A DNA stretch of 64,000 nucleotides from a virus (Duplodnaviria > Caudoviricetes). The stretch is from positions 125,812 to 189,811 of IMG/VR virus record IMGVR_UViG_3300021387_001709; one strand, given 5' to 3'. The notes under the pieces were generated by a model. That model ran no database searches, was not told where the DNA came from, and saw nothing but the letters and a program-made list of their open reading frames with translations. A program made the translations under genes and the position numbers. Below, piece by piece: positions 42,419 to 53,437 of this stretch; the first letter of the stretch is position 1; every line of letters begins with the position of its first letter.

Positions 42419-42678
42419 ATGGACAAAAATGTTATAGGAATAATTTTCGCATTATGTTTCGTTGGAACTGCGTTGGCAATGCTGACTCTAAAGATTATTG
42501 ACCTTTCCGAGGAAGTCCGCATAACAAGAGAACTGATTTCCAAAAATTTTAAGGATGCCATAGAAATTAATGACAGAGTTATTGGTAATTGGGGTAAGTG
42601 TATTAAAGAATTGGAGGAGACAAACAGAGACTTGGAAAAAGTGCTTAAATTGTTTGGAGGAATTACGGAGAAGAATAA

Positions 42679-42864
42679 ATGATGATTTATAAATATGGAA
42701 TGAGATTGCGTGGATTTTCGCCAGGATGCCAACCAAAAGATGGTTTCATCGGAAGGGAAGATGATCCAAGTGGTCGGTATTATGATATTCTTATTTATGA
42801 GAGACCATTAACTATGGAAGAGATTATAAATTACGAACTTGATTATTTGGGAGAAATTGATTAA
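42679..42864 (+). CDS. small DarA-C-terminal-like domain protein
   Basis: YGMRLRGFSPGCQPK...Y.RPLT.EEI..YEL. Confidence 0.5.
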   Translation: MMIYKYGMRLRGFSPGCQPKDGFIGREDDPSGRYYDILIYERPLTMEEIINYELDYLGEID

Positions 42865-42933
42865 TTATTAAATTTGGTATTGCAAAAGCAAAACCAATGT
42901 GCTATACTCACAGAGTAGCAATTAATTATTAAA
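42861..42933 (+). promoter_or_regulatory. sigma-A promoter flanked by two operator motifs
   Basis: TTAATTATTAAA at 42861 and 42922; TTGCAA(42880)-17-TATACT. Confidence 0.8.
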
Positions 42934-44067
42934 TACAAGCGGAGGTATCCACCATGGGAGTAATTGTTATCACAACTATGGGATTGTTGCTATTCGGGTT
43001 GGTCTACTCAAGCGTAACCGGCGGAGAATTGGAACTACTTAGGAGGAGGTTGACCGATAACACTGATGATTAAGATATTAATACTAATCACAGTCTTATG
43101 TGTGATAAACACCATCGGATTGTACTGTATACTAATCGTAGCGAGTAACGCAGATGACGTGGCGGATGCATACTGGCATCCAAATTGCCGAGGTTGCTTT
43201 GGAGCATCAAATGAAGATTGTGACAGATGCTGGGCAGAGCAGCGTAAACGATGGGGAGTGCCGGATAATGAGGAACCTAATGTCGATATTGAGTAAGCTA
43301 ATAATGGTTGTGTTGGTAGTAGCGTTATTAGTTGATATCACGGCGATTATGTGTAGTTTGGGAATGAATTCACTGATGGTTTCGGCGGTTATGATGCTGG
43401 CTACCGCATATGTGGTGGGAGTATGGCTGTTTTTATGTGATGAGTACGACGAGGAAAAGAAATTATGATTTATCTGGGGGCTGGAGCTATTGGACTTATT
43501 GTGGGGTCTGTGTTTACGTTCTTTATGATGTATCCGAGTTATAGGCGAGGATACTACGATGGGAAAGCATCCAAGGTTAAAAAAGATGTGTTAAATCAAA
43601 TATATAACGAAGCATTTGACGATGTTATGCAAGGCGTATATAAGGCAATTGGTAACATTAAACCTGATGAGTATGATTATGATGGTGATTAAGATCATTG
43701 GAGTATTAATATTAGCGGTTGCAGTCTGGAGTGGAGTTTATGTCGGATAATGGGGTAAAGACTATGGAAATTACTTGCGGTAACTGTGTGAATAATGAGT
43801 GTGGACTTTGCGATCTATTGGGATACTTTGTTGAGGATGACGATAAGCCCTGGTGCAAGAACAAATATGAAGGTAAATATGAGCGACAAGACAAACGAGA
43901 TAAAACTTGAGTTAGGTAGGAGACGGGCGCTATATGAGAAAATTATTAAATACGATGAGAGCATCTCCGAAAAAGAAAGAGATTTCTATCGTGGAAAAGC
44001 TTCCGCTTTGGAAGATTTGATGTATCTGTTGATTAAATATGATGAATGAGTAAAGGAGAATGATTAA

Positions 44068-45006
44068 ATGGCATTTGTAAAAGCTGTACGTGAAAAAGTT
44101 AAGGCTAAGGTGCTTCTTTCCGGTCCGAGTGGAGCCGGAAAAAGTCTGAGTGCTTGTGAACTAGCAACGGGAATTTATAGAAAGTGTGGTGGCCCAGGTA
44201 TTGCATACATTGGGACAGAAGGTGACCGAGATAAATTATATGCTCAGACAAAATCAAAACATGGAGATTATACATTTGAATATGATTTGCTTCAGTTGAG
44301 TGATCCTTTTACAACTGATAAATATATAGCAGCTATTGACGAGGCGGTTGACGAGGGTTATCAGGTGTGTATTATTGACGGTCTTAGTGCAGAATGGAAA
44401 TGGCTAAATGATACCCATGATAAGATGCCCGGAAATTCATTTACTAATTGGGGGAAATTAAAACCCAAGCACCGCGCACTTCTTGATAAAATTCTCAGCG
44501 CTCCGATGCATATTATTTGTTGTGCAAGAGGTAAGGACGAGTGGCTCCTGGAAGAAAGAAACGGTAAATCCGTTCCGAGAAAGGTAGGAATGGGAAGTCA
44601 GACGGATAAGGACATTTCTTATGAGGTCATGCTGTCACTACAGATTGAACAGGATACTCATTTAGCCCATTCCGACAAGGACAATACGAATTTATGGCCA
44701 GAAACCAGATATTCCGTGATTACCGCAAAAGATGGTGAAGCGCTTTATGACTGGTGCGAAGTCGGTACTATTCCGGCTCCGAAACCCGTCATCCAGAAAT
44801 CCGCTGATATAGCGATGGATTCTGCCGACGACCTCAAAGCCGTCAAAACCGAAATCATCAACGCAGCTAAAGCAGCCGGCGGTTCCGGTAACGAAGCCGT
44901 CATGACCACAATTAAGGAATATGCTCCGAGTGGTAACCCTAATGCCATCAGAGATATTAATAAAGCTCGAGAGCTTCTGACTAAGCTCCAGGCTCTTGCG
45001 CAGTAA
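44068..45006 (+). CDS. AAA ATPase (Sak4/AAA_24-like)
   Basis: GPSGAGKS, IIDGLS, HIICCAR; directly upstream of ssb. Confidence 0.8.
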   Translation: MAFVKAVREKVKAKVLLSGPSGAGKSLSACELATGIYRKCGGPGIAYIGTEGDRDKLYAQTKSKHGDYTFEYDLLQLSDPFTTDKYIAAIDEAVDEGYQVCIIDGLSAEWKWLNDTHDKMPGNSFTNWGKLKPKHRALLDKILSAPMHIICCARGKDEWLLEERNGKSVPRKVGMGSQTDKDISYEVMLSLQIEQDTHLAHSDKDNTNLWPETRYSVITAKDGEALYDWCEVGTIPAPKPVIQKSADIAMDSADDLKAVKTEIINAAKAAGGSGNEAVMTTIKEYAPSGNPNAIRDINKARELLTKLQALAQ

Positions 45007-45086
45007 CTCATTAACCATTACCATCACTCACATACGGGCGGAGCAAATCCGCCCAACTAATTAATTATTAAAGGAGAATAGATATT

Positions 45087-45509
45087 ATGAATAAAGTTGA
45101 ATTACTTGGACGTATGGTGAGAGACCCTGAGATTCGTTATGCATCTGGAGAGAACGCAAATGCAAATTGTCGCTTTACAGTAGCGGTAAACAGAAAGTTT
45201 AAAAACAAAGAAACCGGACAGTATGATGCCGACTTCATTAGTTGTGTGGCATTTAATCAGCAGGCTGAGTTTGTGAACAAATGGTTTCACAAGGGTGATC
45301 CGATTGTTGTTGATGGATGGATTAGAACAGGCAGTTACACCAACAAAGAAGGAGTTAAAGTATATACAACAGAGGTAAGTGTTGATGGTGTTGAGTTTGT
45401 CCCCGGAGTTAAAAACGGAGATAATACAACAGCTACTGCTCCTTCTCAGGCGGCAACCGATGGTTTTATGAACATTCCGGATACTGTCGAAGAAGAACTT
45501 CCGTTTTGA
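45087..45509 (+). CDS. ssb: single-stranded DNA-binding protein
   Basis: MNKVELLGRMVRDPE...ADFISCVAF...EELPF acidic tail. Confidence 0.95.
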   Translation: MNKVELLGRMVRDPEIRYASGENANANCRFTVAVNRKFKNKETGQYDADFISCVAFNQQAEFVNKWFHKGDPIVVDGWIRTGSYTNKEGVKVYTTEVSVDGVEFVPGVKNGDNTTATAPSQAATDGFMNIPDTVEEELPF

Positions 45510-45529
45510 GATAACTACGGAGGCTGGCT

Positions 45530-46078
45530 ATGGCTAAAAAACGACCACCTAAAATGGTGAATTGTAGATACCCCAAATGCCGTAAGCTCCATGAGAGTAC
45601 TCAGCTACTTAAAGATGAGGCAGTTCAGGGTGGTAAACAGAAACATTACTACCACCCCGACTGTTATCATGTCATGCAGACGGTCAATGAAATTAGGGAT
45701 TTATTCTATAAACATATAGACCCGACATTGACCGGAAAGCAAATCGGCGGGCTCGTATCTACTATAAATTACTTGGTTTTAGACAAACATGTGGATGTAG
45801 ACTATTTAAAGTTTGCACTACAGTATTTTATTAACTATAAACCCGGCAAGCTGAACCATCCACCCGGACTTCATTACATTATCCAGGATAAGGACGTTAA
45901 GGACGCCTGGGATAAGGAACAAGAGTGGAAGATTCGCAATCAGTTGAAACAACAGGAAGAGGTGTTTTTAGCAAATGAGTTTGAGTTAGATTTGCCCGAT
46001 TTGGATACGGAAAAAATTCCGCAATCAAAAACAACGAATAACAAAAAGTCAAGATTTTCAAGTGTATTGGGGGTGTAA
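45530..46078 (+). CDS. hypothetical replication protein (Cys/His N-terminus)
   Basis: CRYPKC...YYHPDC; lies between ssb and the helicase. Confidence 0.7.
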   Translation: MAKKRPPKMVNCRYPKCRKLHESTQLLKDEAVQGGKQKHYYHPDCYHVMQTVNEIRDLFYKHIDPTLTGKQIGGLVSTINYLVLDKHVDVDYLKFALQYFINYKPGKLNHPPGLHYIIQDKDVKDAWDKEQEWKIRNQLKQQEEVFLANEFELDLPDLDTEKIPQSKTTNNKKSRFSSVLGV

Positions 46079-47440
46079 TTGTTGGCAAGAAGTATATCGG
46101 AGTTAGTGGATAATTCGGCAGAGGGTGGCGTAATTGCCTCATTAATCCATCATCCCGAATATCTTCTTAGTGACAACAACTTACGCCCTCGTTTTTTTTA
46201 CAATCAAGAAAATCAACTCCTGTTTTGGGGAATTGAAGAACTGGTAAAAAGCGGAGTTACTAAAATTGATAGTTTAAATCTGCACAATGTTATTTATAGT
46301 AGCCCGGGTTGCCAAAAAATTGCAGACAAATACGGACTAACAAACCTTCAGGAATATATCGAATTATCTAAAATTGCAGCCAGAGGAACATATGAGGAGT
46401 ATAAATTATTAGCTAACACCGTTGTCAGTTTAGCATTTCGACGTGATCTATGTGGGTTTTCGGTTGATATTGGAAAAGAATGTTTTAATAAAGAGATTAC
46501 GCTAGATACGCTGAATGACTATGTTAATAATGGAATCGATAAAATTGCCGAAAAATTTATCTTTGGAGGAGACAGCGTCCAGCTTGGTGAAAAAATCGAT
46601 GCTATCTGGGAAGAAATTTGTGAGGACAGGAATGAGGACGGCAGCATCGGCATACCAAATTTAATTCCGACGTTAGACGATTATTTTACATTTGGTAAGG
46701 GCGAACTTGTACTTGTAGCCGGAGCAACGGGGCGAGGAAAATCGAGTTACTTTATGAACCAAGGATTATATTCGCTAAAAAATGGAATTCCAATCGTGAT
46801 CATCGATACCGAGATAACTGACAAGGTGTTTTTGCCGAGAGCGATTGCATGTTTAAGTGGAGTTACGGTTAAAAAAATCAAATCCGGAAAATACACAAAT
46901 GAAGAATTTGATCGCATTCGGAAGGCAATGGAATTTATCAAAAAATCTCCGGGGTTTGTTCATGAATATCAGCCGATTTTTAGTAGGACATTAGTTGAAC
47001 AAACATTCCGGAAATGGCATAACAAGAACCAGTTAGGTTTTGCAATATACGATTATATAAAACCCTCCGAAATGAGAGGAGCAGCCGAAATATCTCAGAG
47101 TTTGGGTTTAATGGCTGATTTTCTTAAATCAATAGCGGGGACTTTGGAAATTCCAATACTTGCCGGTCTTCAGTTAAATAAGATGACCGGAACTGTCTCA
47201 GATAGTCAAAAACCAGAAAGATATGCGGATGTACTAATGTACTGGAAAGACAAAACTATTGAACAGCTTAAGCAAGATGGAATTGATTGTGGCAATTATT
47301 GTATACAGGTCGTTAAAAACCGTAACGGAAGTACTCATGGCGGTGAGGACGATTACGTTGACGTGCAGTTTGTCGGTGATCTGATGAATATAAAAGAAGC
47401 GAAGAAACACACTAAGAATGCAACACCATTTGATACATAA
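46079..47440 (+). CDS. dnaB: replicative DNA helicase, DnaB-like
   Basis: GATGRGKS, IDTE, YDYIK, QLN, KNRNG. Confidence 0.9.
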   Translation: MLARSISELVDNSAEGGVIASLIHHPEYLLSDNNLRPRFFYNQENQLLFWGIEELVKSGVTKIDSLNLHNVIYSSPGCQKIADKYGLTNLQEYIELSKIAARGTYEEYKLLANTVVSLAFRRDLCGFSVDIGKECFNKEITLDTLNDYVNNGIDKIAEKFIFGGDSVQLGEKIDAIWEEICEDRNEDGSIGIPNLIPTLDDYFTFGKGELVLVAGATGRGKSSYFMNQGLYSLKNGIPIVIIDTEITDKVFLPRAIACLSGVTVKKIKSGKYTNEEFDRIRKAMEFIKKSPGFVHEYQPIFSRTLVEQTFRKWHNKNQLGFAIYDYIKPSEMRGAAEISQSLGLMADFLKSIAGTLEIPILAGLQLNKMTGTVSDSQKPERYADVLMYWKDKTIEQLKQDGIDCGNYCIQVVKNRNGSTHGGEDDYVDVQFVGDLMNIKEAKKHTKNATPFDT

Positions 47441-47462
47441 TATTAATTAAGGAGAAAGAACT

Positions 47463-49514
47463 ATGTTGAACTTCAAACTGATAAAAGACGCAATAGAGAG
47501 CCATTTTTCAACTATGGTAGAGAAGTATAATTGTTTGTATGAAGTCAATCTTGACAAGGATGAACTGTGGAATACCTACATGGAAGCAATTCCACCACAG
47601 CACAACAAAATATACCGTGTTCGCCGCGAACATGATTGCAGTTGTTGCCGACATTTTATTAAACAGATTGGTGCTATTATCGGAATTAAAGACGGCAGAG
47701 TCGAATCCATCTGGGATGTGACAACCGGAGATGACGATTGGGATGCGGTTTGCAAAACATTATCCACATTTGTGAAATCACACGGAATCATGAGCGTGTA
47801 TTATTCGCCGAGTGCTAATGTCGGTACGAACTACAATATGGACACAGACGAAGACGGGAATCCGATTAGGTGGGATCACTTCTTTGTTAAGCTTCCGCAG
47901 AAGTATGTTAAAAGTGGCGAGTATTTAAATTCTGCGGTCGGAACGTCCAGAGATAATAAGAATGTATTCAAAAGAAGTCTTGATGAGTTAACAATGGACT
48001 CGATTGACTCCGTACTCGAACTTATTAATCAGAAGTCATTGTATCGAGGAGAGGAGTATAAAGCAAATCTGATTGATTTCCGAACTCATAAAATTGCTTA
48101 TGATAAGCTAGCGGACGAGACTCAGAAAGACATCTACGCTTGGGAGAAATCTCCGAGCCTTCGTGAGTCGGTGACTAAAATCCGCAATACAGCAATCGGC
48201 ACATTACTGATCGACATTAGTAATGGTGTAGAACTTGATGAAGCTGTTCGTAAATATGAGGCGGTAGTTGCTCCGGCAAATTATAAGCGTAGCAAGCCGA
48301 TCTTTACGCAGCGTATGCTGGAAGAAGCACAGAGAACAATAACAGAACTCGGTTATCTCGATTCGCTCAAGAGAAGATATGCAAATCCCGATGATATTAC
48401 GGTTAATAACATTCTGTTCAGTAACCGTGATGCGTCAAAACGTATCCAGGGTGCAGACGATATCTTTGCAAGCCTTGCGAAGGATACCAAGAAATCCGCA
48501 AAGAAATTCTCCAAGGTTGAAGAAATATCTATTGAGGACTTTATTAAAAATGTTCTTCCCACAACTACAGAGGTCGAAGCATATGTAGAGAACAAACATG
48601 CTTCAAATTTTGTTTCACTGATTGCTCCGGTTGACAAGAACAGTAAGACGATGTTCAAGTGGGATAACAATTTTAGTTGGGCATACTCTGGTAATATGAC
48701 TGACTCCATCCTGAAGCAGAATGTCAAAAATGCCGGTGGTAAAGTTGATGGTGTTCTTAGATTCTCGATTATGTGGAACGATAATGGTGAATGGAACCAG
48801 AACGACGAAGACGCTCATTGCATTGAGCCGGATGGCAACAAAATCTTTTTTGCAAATAAGCGTAGCGCTTCCGGCGGTAATCTTGATGTAGACATTATAG
48901 ACCCTATAAATGGAATTCCAGCGGTTGAGAATATTACATGGGCAAGTAAGGACAGAATGAAACCTGGAACTTATAAGTTCTTTGTTAATACATATACTGG
49001 GCGTGGCGGTCACGGTGGATTCAGAGCCGAGGTTGAGTGTAACGGTGAAATTCACTCCTATGACTATTCATTTGATACTCGTACCGGGAGAAATGTGGAT
49101 GTTGCTGAGGTTGTACTTGATAAGACCGGTAACTTTACCATCAAGGATGTGATTCCTTCCAATATTAGTAACAGAGATATCTGGAGTATTACAACCAATG
49201 ATTTTGTCCCGGCTAATGTGATTTGTTACTCGCCGAATTATTGGGATGAGCAGCATGGTATCGGCAACAAGCATTACTTCTTTATGCTGAAGGGTTGCGT
49301 AAATCCTGAAATGCCGAACGGTTGGTATAATGAGTTCTTAAACAGTGACCTGTATCCGGCTCACCGTAAGGTTATGGAGGCTATGGCAACCAAGGCTCAT
49401 GTTGAAGAGTGTGATGATCAGCTTAGCGGTCTGGGATTCAGTTCTACGGTGAGGAATGATTTGGTAGTTAAAGTCAAGGGCTCTACTGAGAGAATTCTCA
49501 AGATTAAATTTTAA
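47463..49514 (+). CDS. conserved large phage protein of unknown function
   Basis: HDCSCCRHFI, NTAIGTLL, APANYKR, DEDAHC, LDVD, AVENITW, QLSGLGFS. Confidence 0.8.
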   Translation: MLNFKLIKDAIESHFSTMVEKYNCLYEVNLDKDELWNTYMEAIPPQHNKIYRVRREHDCSCCRHFIKQIGAIIGIKDGRVESIWDVTTGDDDWDAVCKTLSTFVKSHGIMSVYYSPSANVGTNYNMDTDEDGNPIRWDHFFVKLPQKYVKSGEYLNSAVGTSRDNKNVFKRSLDELTMDSIDSVLELINQKSLYRGEEYKANLIDFRTHKIAYDKLADETQKDIYAWEKSPSLRESVTKIRNTAIGTLLIDISNGVELDEAVRKYEAVVAPANYKRSKPIFTQRMLEEAQRTITELGYLDSLKRRYANPDDITVNNILFSNRDASKRIQGADDIFASLAKDTKKSAKKFSKVEEISIEDFIKNVLPTTTEVEAYVENKHASNFVSLIAPVDKNSKTMFKWDNNFSWAYSGNMTDSILKQNVKNAGGKVDGVLRFSIMWNDNGEWNQNDEDAHCIEPDGNKIFFANKRSASGGNLDVDIIDPINGIPAVENITWASKDRMKPGTYKFFVNTYTGRGGHGGFRAEVECNGEIHSYDYSFDTRTGRNVDVAEVVLDKTGNFTIKDVIPSNISNRDIWSITTNDFVPANVICYSPNYWDEQHGIGNKHYFFMLKGCVNPEMPNGWYNEFLNSDLYPAHRKVMEAMATKAHVEECDDQLSGLGFSSTVRNDLVVKVKGSTERILKIKF

Positions 49515-49528
49515 TGGGGGTATTGTTT

Positions 49529-49918
49529 ATGAATGAAAGAAATATTTTTAAGGAAGCCACTAAAAAGAAATATAGATGGAATTTCCGCGGTGTTTGCACC
49601 GTTGAAGATCTTTGGGATCTGAATGTCGAGCATCTCGACACCATCTATAAAGCACTGAAGAAACAGCAGAAGGATGCTGACGGGGAATCGCTTCTTACTA
49701 CGGCAAGTAAAGAAGACGTAGTGCTGGAAGACAAAATTGCAATTGTTAAGGCGATTGTAACAGATAAACTTGCGGCAATTGAGGCAGCTAAAAATGCTGC
49801 AAAGAAACGTCGCGAGAACCAGCGTATCCTGGAAATCATTGCGGATAAACAGGACGCGGCTCTTAAGGAGAAATCCCTGGAAGAACTTCAGGCAATGTTA
49901 ACAGCGGAAGAGGATTAA
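49529..49918 (+). CDS. conserved partner of the 47463 protein (coiled coil)
   Basis: NIFKEATKKKYRW..RG...VEDLWDL. Confidence 0.8.
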   Translation: MNERNIFKEATKKKYRWNFRGVCTVEDLWDLNVEHLDTIYKALKKQQKDADGESLLTTASKEDVVLEDKIAIVKAIVTDKLAAIEAAKNAAKKRRENQRILEIIADKQDAALKEKSLEELQAMLTAEED

Positions 49919-49934
49919 TTTAGGAGAGGTTGTA

Positions 49935-50651
49935 ATGGCAAGGTGGACGGATAAAGATATATAGATATTAAAAGAGATGGTTGACGATAACAGAACTAAT
50001 TTAGAAATAATGGAGCGTTTGAATAGAAGTGAATATGGTATTCAATATGCAATGAGAAAATATAATTTAGTTAGGTCAACCGAGATAGAAGATTTAGAAA
50101 ATGAAATATGGAAAGACATCCCAGGTTATGAAGGGTATTATCAAGTAAGTAATTATGGAAGAGTTAAAAGTTTGCCTCGATGGATTGTATATTCAGATGG
50201 CAGAAAATATTTTTATGATGGTGTATTATTAAAACAAAAGCATGACCACGGCGGATATTGCGGAGTGGAATTAACTACCAATTCTGAATTGGAAACGTTC
50301 AAAGTACATAGACTTGTAGCAAAAATGTTTATTCCAAACCCAGATAATTTACCGGAAGTTAATCATAAAGATGAAAACAAAGATAACAACTGCGTAGATA
50401 ATTTAGAGTGGTGTGATAATTATTATAATAATCATTATGGTACAAGATTAGAAAGAATGCGGGAAAAAATAGTCGAAGCAGTTGGAAGGCCGGTAGAATT
50501 TACTAAAATTAGTACCGGCGAGAAATTCTATTTCCCAACCATAACATCTGGAGTGAAAGAATTAAATTTAGACCCAAGAACTGTTCAAAGATGTTTAAAG
50601 AAAGAACCTCGTTTCAAGACTACAAAAGGCTATACTGTTGAATATGCATGA
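49935..50651 (+). CDS. NUMOD4-HNH homing endonuclease (in-frame TAG at codon 10 if started at 49935; stop-free from 49977)
   Basis: EIWKDIPGYEGYYQVSNYGRVKS; VHRLVA..F...VNHKDENKDNN.VDNLEWC. Confidence 0.85.
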
Positions 50652-51654
50652 TTTAATAAAATATGATTATGATCAATTAAATGAATTATGTAATAAAATT
50701 AGTCTGTTAGAATATGCAGAAAAATCCTATGATTTTAAAAATCGTGGCGGAAAATATTATTGTAGCTGCCCAAAGCATAGTGATTCCGACCCATCTTTAT
50801 GCATAAGCCCAGATGTCAATTTATTCTATTGTTTCTCATGCGGAAGAGGAGGAAATCTAATAAATTGGCTGATGGAATATGAGGATATGGATTTTTCTGC
50901 AGCTATTCAAAAGGTGTCGGAATTAACGGGTTCAGAACTTCGTGAATATACGGAATCTACATCGATGAATTTATATCGACAATTAAGTAAATTATGTGAA
51001 CCTAAAAATAAAAACATACAACGTATAATTCTTGATATTGACAAAGATTATCATCAAAAATATAAAGATGAGTCTCCAGAAGAATGGCTTAATGAAGGTA
51101 TCTCCGAAGAGGAGCTTAAAAAATACGATATTCGTATTGATCCAACAAGTAATAGAATTGTATATCCTGTATTTTCTAATGATGATAAGTTGATATCCGT
51201 CAAAGGGCGTACTCGCTTTAAGAATTTTAAAGACCTGAAAATTATGAAGTATATTAATTATTATAAACTTGGCGGGAGACTTGACTACTTCCAAGGAATG
51301 CAACAAGCTCGCGACTCAATCAATAGTTCTGGAGAAATCATCATTGTTGAGGGTATCAAATCGGTGATGAAGCTTGATCAGTGGGGATTTCACAACGTTG
51401 TTTCAGCGGAAACATCCAAGCTGAATGAATACCAGATTGAATTACTAATCCGAATGAAGGTTCGAGATGTGGTCATTGCATTCGATAAAGACGTTCAGAT
51501 GAAAAAAATACGTGAGTGTACAGAATTATTAAAAAGATTTACTAACGTATATGTTGTTTATGATAGATGGGGATTGCTACAAGATAAGGACTCACCATGT
51601 GATCAGGGACGCGAGGTTTGGCAAACTTTATATGATAAGAGGATAAAATTATGA
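50638..51654 (+). CDS. DNA primase (CHC2 zinc finger plus TOPRIM)
   Basis: CPKH.D.DPS...FYCFSCGRGG; IIVEGIKS; AFDKD; KDSPCD. Confidence 0.9.
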   Translation: MNMHDLIKYDYDQLNELCNKISLLEYAEKSYDFKNRGGKYYCSCPKHSDSDPSLCISPDVNLFYCFSCGRGGNLINWLMEYEDMDFSAAIQKVSELTGSELREYTESTSMNLYRQLSKLCEPKNKNIQRIILDIDKDYHQKYKDESPEEWLNEGISEEELKKYDIRIDPTSNRIVYPVFSNDDKLISVKGRTRFKNFKDLKIMKYINYYKLGGRLDYFQGMQQARDSINSSGEIIIVEGIKSVMKLDQWGFHNVVSAETSKLNEYQIELLIRMKVRDVVIAFDKDVQMKKIRECTELLKRFTNVYVVYDRWGLLQDKDSPCDQGREVWQTLYDKRIKL

Positions 51655-52571
51655 TTAAGCAGAAACATTTTATGGATATTGAGAATCTTCGTGAGGAAGA
51701 TACGGAACTCCGACAGGGGAACGGCCATGGGTTTGTAGTTGGAGATATCATTCAGATTAGCGAGAAAATTGACGGATCTAACGCTTGCTGTAAGTATAAT
51801 CCAGAAACGGATTCACTTGTTGCGTTCTCTAGGAAACAGACGCTTTCGTATACCAATACGCTTCAGGGATTTTGGAACTATGTTCAGACATTGGATAAAA
51901 CACCATTTAAAGATCATCCGAGTTGGTACATATTCGGCGAACAGAATGGAACGAACAAGATTAAATATAAACCCGAATTCATGAAGGTATGGATCGTATA
52001 TGATATTTACGACGCTGACACCGAGTGCTGGCTTCCGCAAACTACAGTAAAGAATTGGTGCGAAGAATATGGATTCCCATATATTCACGAACTCTATTAC
52101 GGACCATTTATTAGTTGGGAGCATTGTAAGTCATTTTCTCATATGCCGGCATACGGTGATAGAATCGAGGGAATTATAGTTAAGAACCAATCTCGTCTTA
52201 ATTGCCCCGACACTCGTCTCCCGTTCTATCTGAAGATTGTCAATGATGACTTCAAAGAGTCGATGAAGACTCGCGAAAAAGTAATCGACCCAACGGTAGA
52301 AGCAGCAAAATCCGAATCACAGAGAATCGTGGAATCGATTGTCACCAAAAATCGTGTCGAGAAAGAGCTCTTCAAGATGCGTGATGAGGGTATTCTTCCG
52401 GAAAAACTTACTCCTTACGACATGGGATTAGTTGCGAGATATTTGCCGAAGCGTATCTATGATGATTGTGTTAAAGAAGAAAAGGAACTGGTTGTTGCTG
52501 CCGGTGAGTATTTTGGCAAAATGTGTAACGCCCAGGCTATGAAACTGGCAAGGGGGATTATTACCGGATGA
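51651..52571 (+). CDS. RNA ligase (Rnl2-like nucleotidyltransferase)
   Basis: Motif I EKIDGSN, FSR, FGE, YDI, EGIIVK, LKIV. Confidence 0.8.
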   Translation: MIKQKHFMDIENLREEDTELRQGNGHGFVVGDIIQISEKIDGSNACCKYNPETDSLVAFSRKQTLSYTNTLQGFWNYVQTLDKTPFKDHPSWYIFGEQNGTNKIKYKPEFMKVWIVYDIYDADTECWLPQTTVKNWCEEYGFPYIHELYYGPFISWEHCKSFSHMPAYGDRIEGIIVKNQSRLNCPDTRLPFYLKIVNDDFKESMKTREKVIDPTVEAAKSESQRIVESIVTKNRVEKELFKMRDEGILPEKLTPYDMGLVARYLPKRIYDDCVKEEKELVVAAGEYFGKMCNAQAMKLARGIITG

Positions 52572-53437
52572 ATGAATTTACAGAAGACGCGTTTATCGTT
52601 GGAACCATGCGCTGGTCATTTTCTCGGTTAAACAGTTTTGATACGTGTCAATACGAATGGCATAGAGTTTACATTGATGCTACTACCGAAAAAGATGATT
52701 CCGCAATGGCACAATTTGGTTCGCTAATCCATTCCATCTTGGAGAAATATGCTAAAGGTGAACTTGATATATTTGAATTGAGCCAGTATTATGAAGAACA
52801 TTTTAATGAAGTAATAACCTATGATTTTCCGCCGAATAAATACGTTGACCTTCGCCAGAAGTATTATGAACAAGGTTTAGATTACCTGGACAACATTAAT
52901 CTAGACCTTGACCGCTATAATATACTCGGCGTGGAACGTGAAGTAAACTTCGACATCAACGGTTATGATTGTATCGGATTCATAGATTTATTACTTCAGG
53001 ATAAAGACACCGGCGAGATTATCATCGAAGACCACAAAAGTGCTTCGATAAAAATTCTTAAATCAGGCGCAGTTTCTAAGAAGGATAGGGAGCATTTTGA
53101 ATCATTTAAGAAACAGTTATACCTGTATGCAAAACCAATAATTGAAGAGTATGGTCATGTGGATAAATTAAAATGGAATTTATTCAAGGAACAACGATTT
53201 ATTGAAATACCGTTTGATCAGAAGGAATATGAAGCCAGTATTATCTGGGCAGCTGATACGATTAATAGAATTGAGAATGAGACTGAATGGGGCATAAATA
53301 AAGAACTTATTAAAGCCCGAGAGGAGAATAAGTATCCCCCATTTTACTGCATGAACTTGTGTTCTATTAGGTATCATTGCCCGTATAAATATGAACAGTT
53401 AGAGATGTTGAGGATAATGAATGAGGGTGGTGATTGA
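52568..53437 (+). CDS. PD-(D/E)XK (RecB/Cas4-like) nuclease
   Basis: SFSRL...C, GSLIH, GFIDLL...EDHKS, QLYLY, C..LC....C. Confidence 0.85.
   Translation: MNEFTEDAFIVGTMRWSFSRLNSFDTCQYEWHRVYIDATTEKDDSAMAQFGSLIHSILEKYAKGELDIFELSQYYEEHFNEVITYDFPPNKYVDLRQKYYEQGLDYLDNINLDLDRYNILGVEREVNFDINGYDCIGFIDLLLQDKDTGEIIIEDHKSASIKILKSGAVSKKDREHFESFKKQLYLYAKPIIEEYGHVDKLKWNLFKEQRFIEIPFDQKEYEASIIWAADTINRIENETEWGINKELIKAREENKYPPFYCMNLCSIRYHCPYKYEQLEMLRIMNEGGD

Noticed and set aside
52568-53437. cas4 as part of a CRISPR-Cas locus
   Set aside because: No other cas genes or array; replication-operon context fits a stand-alone phage nuclease
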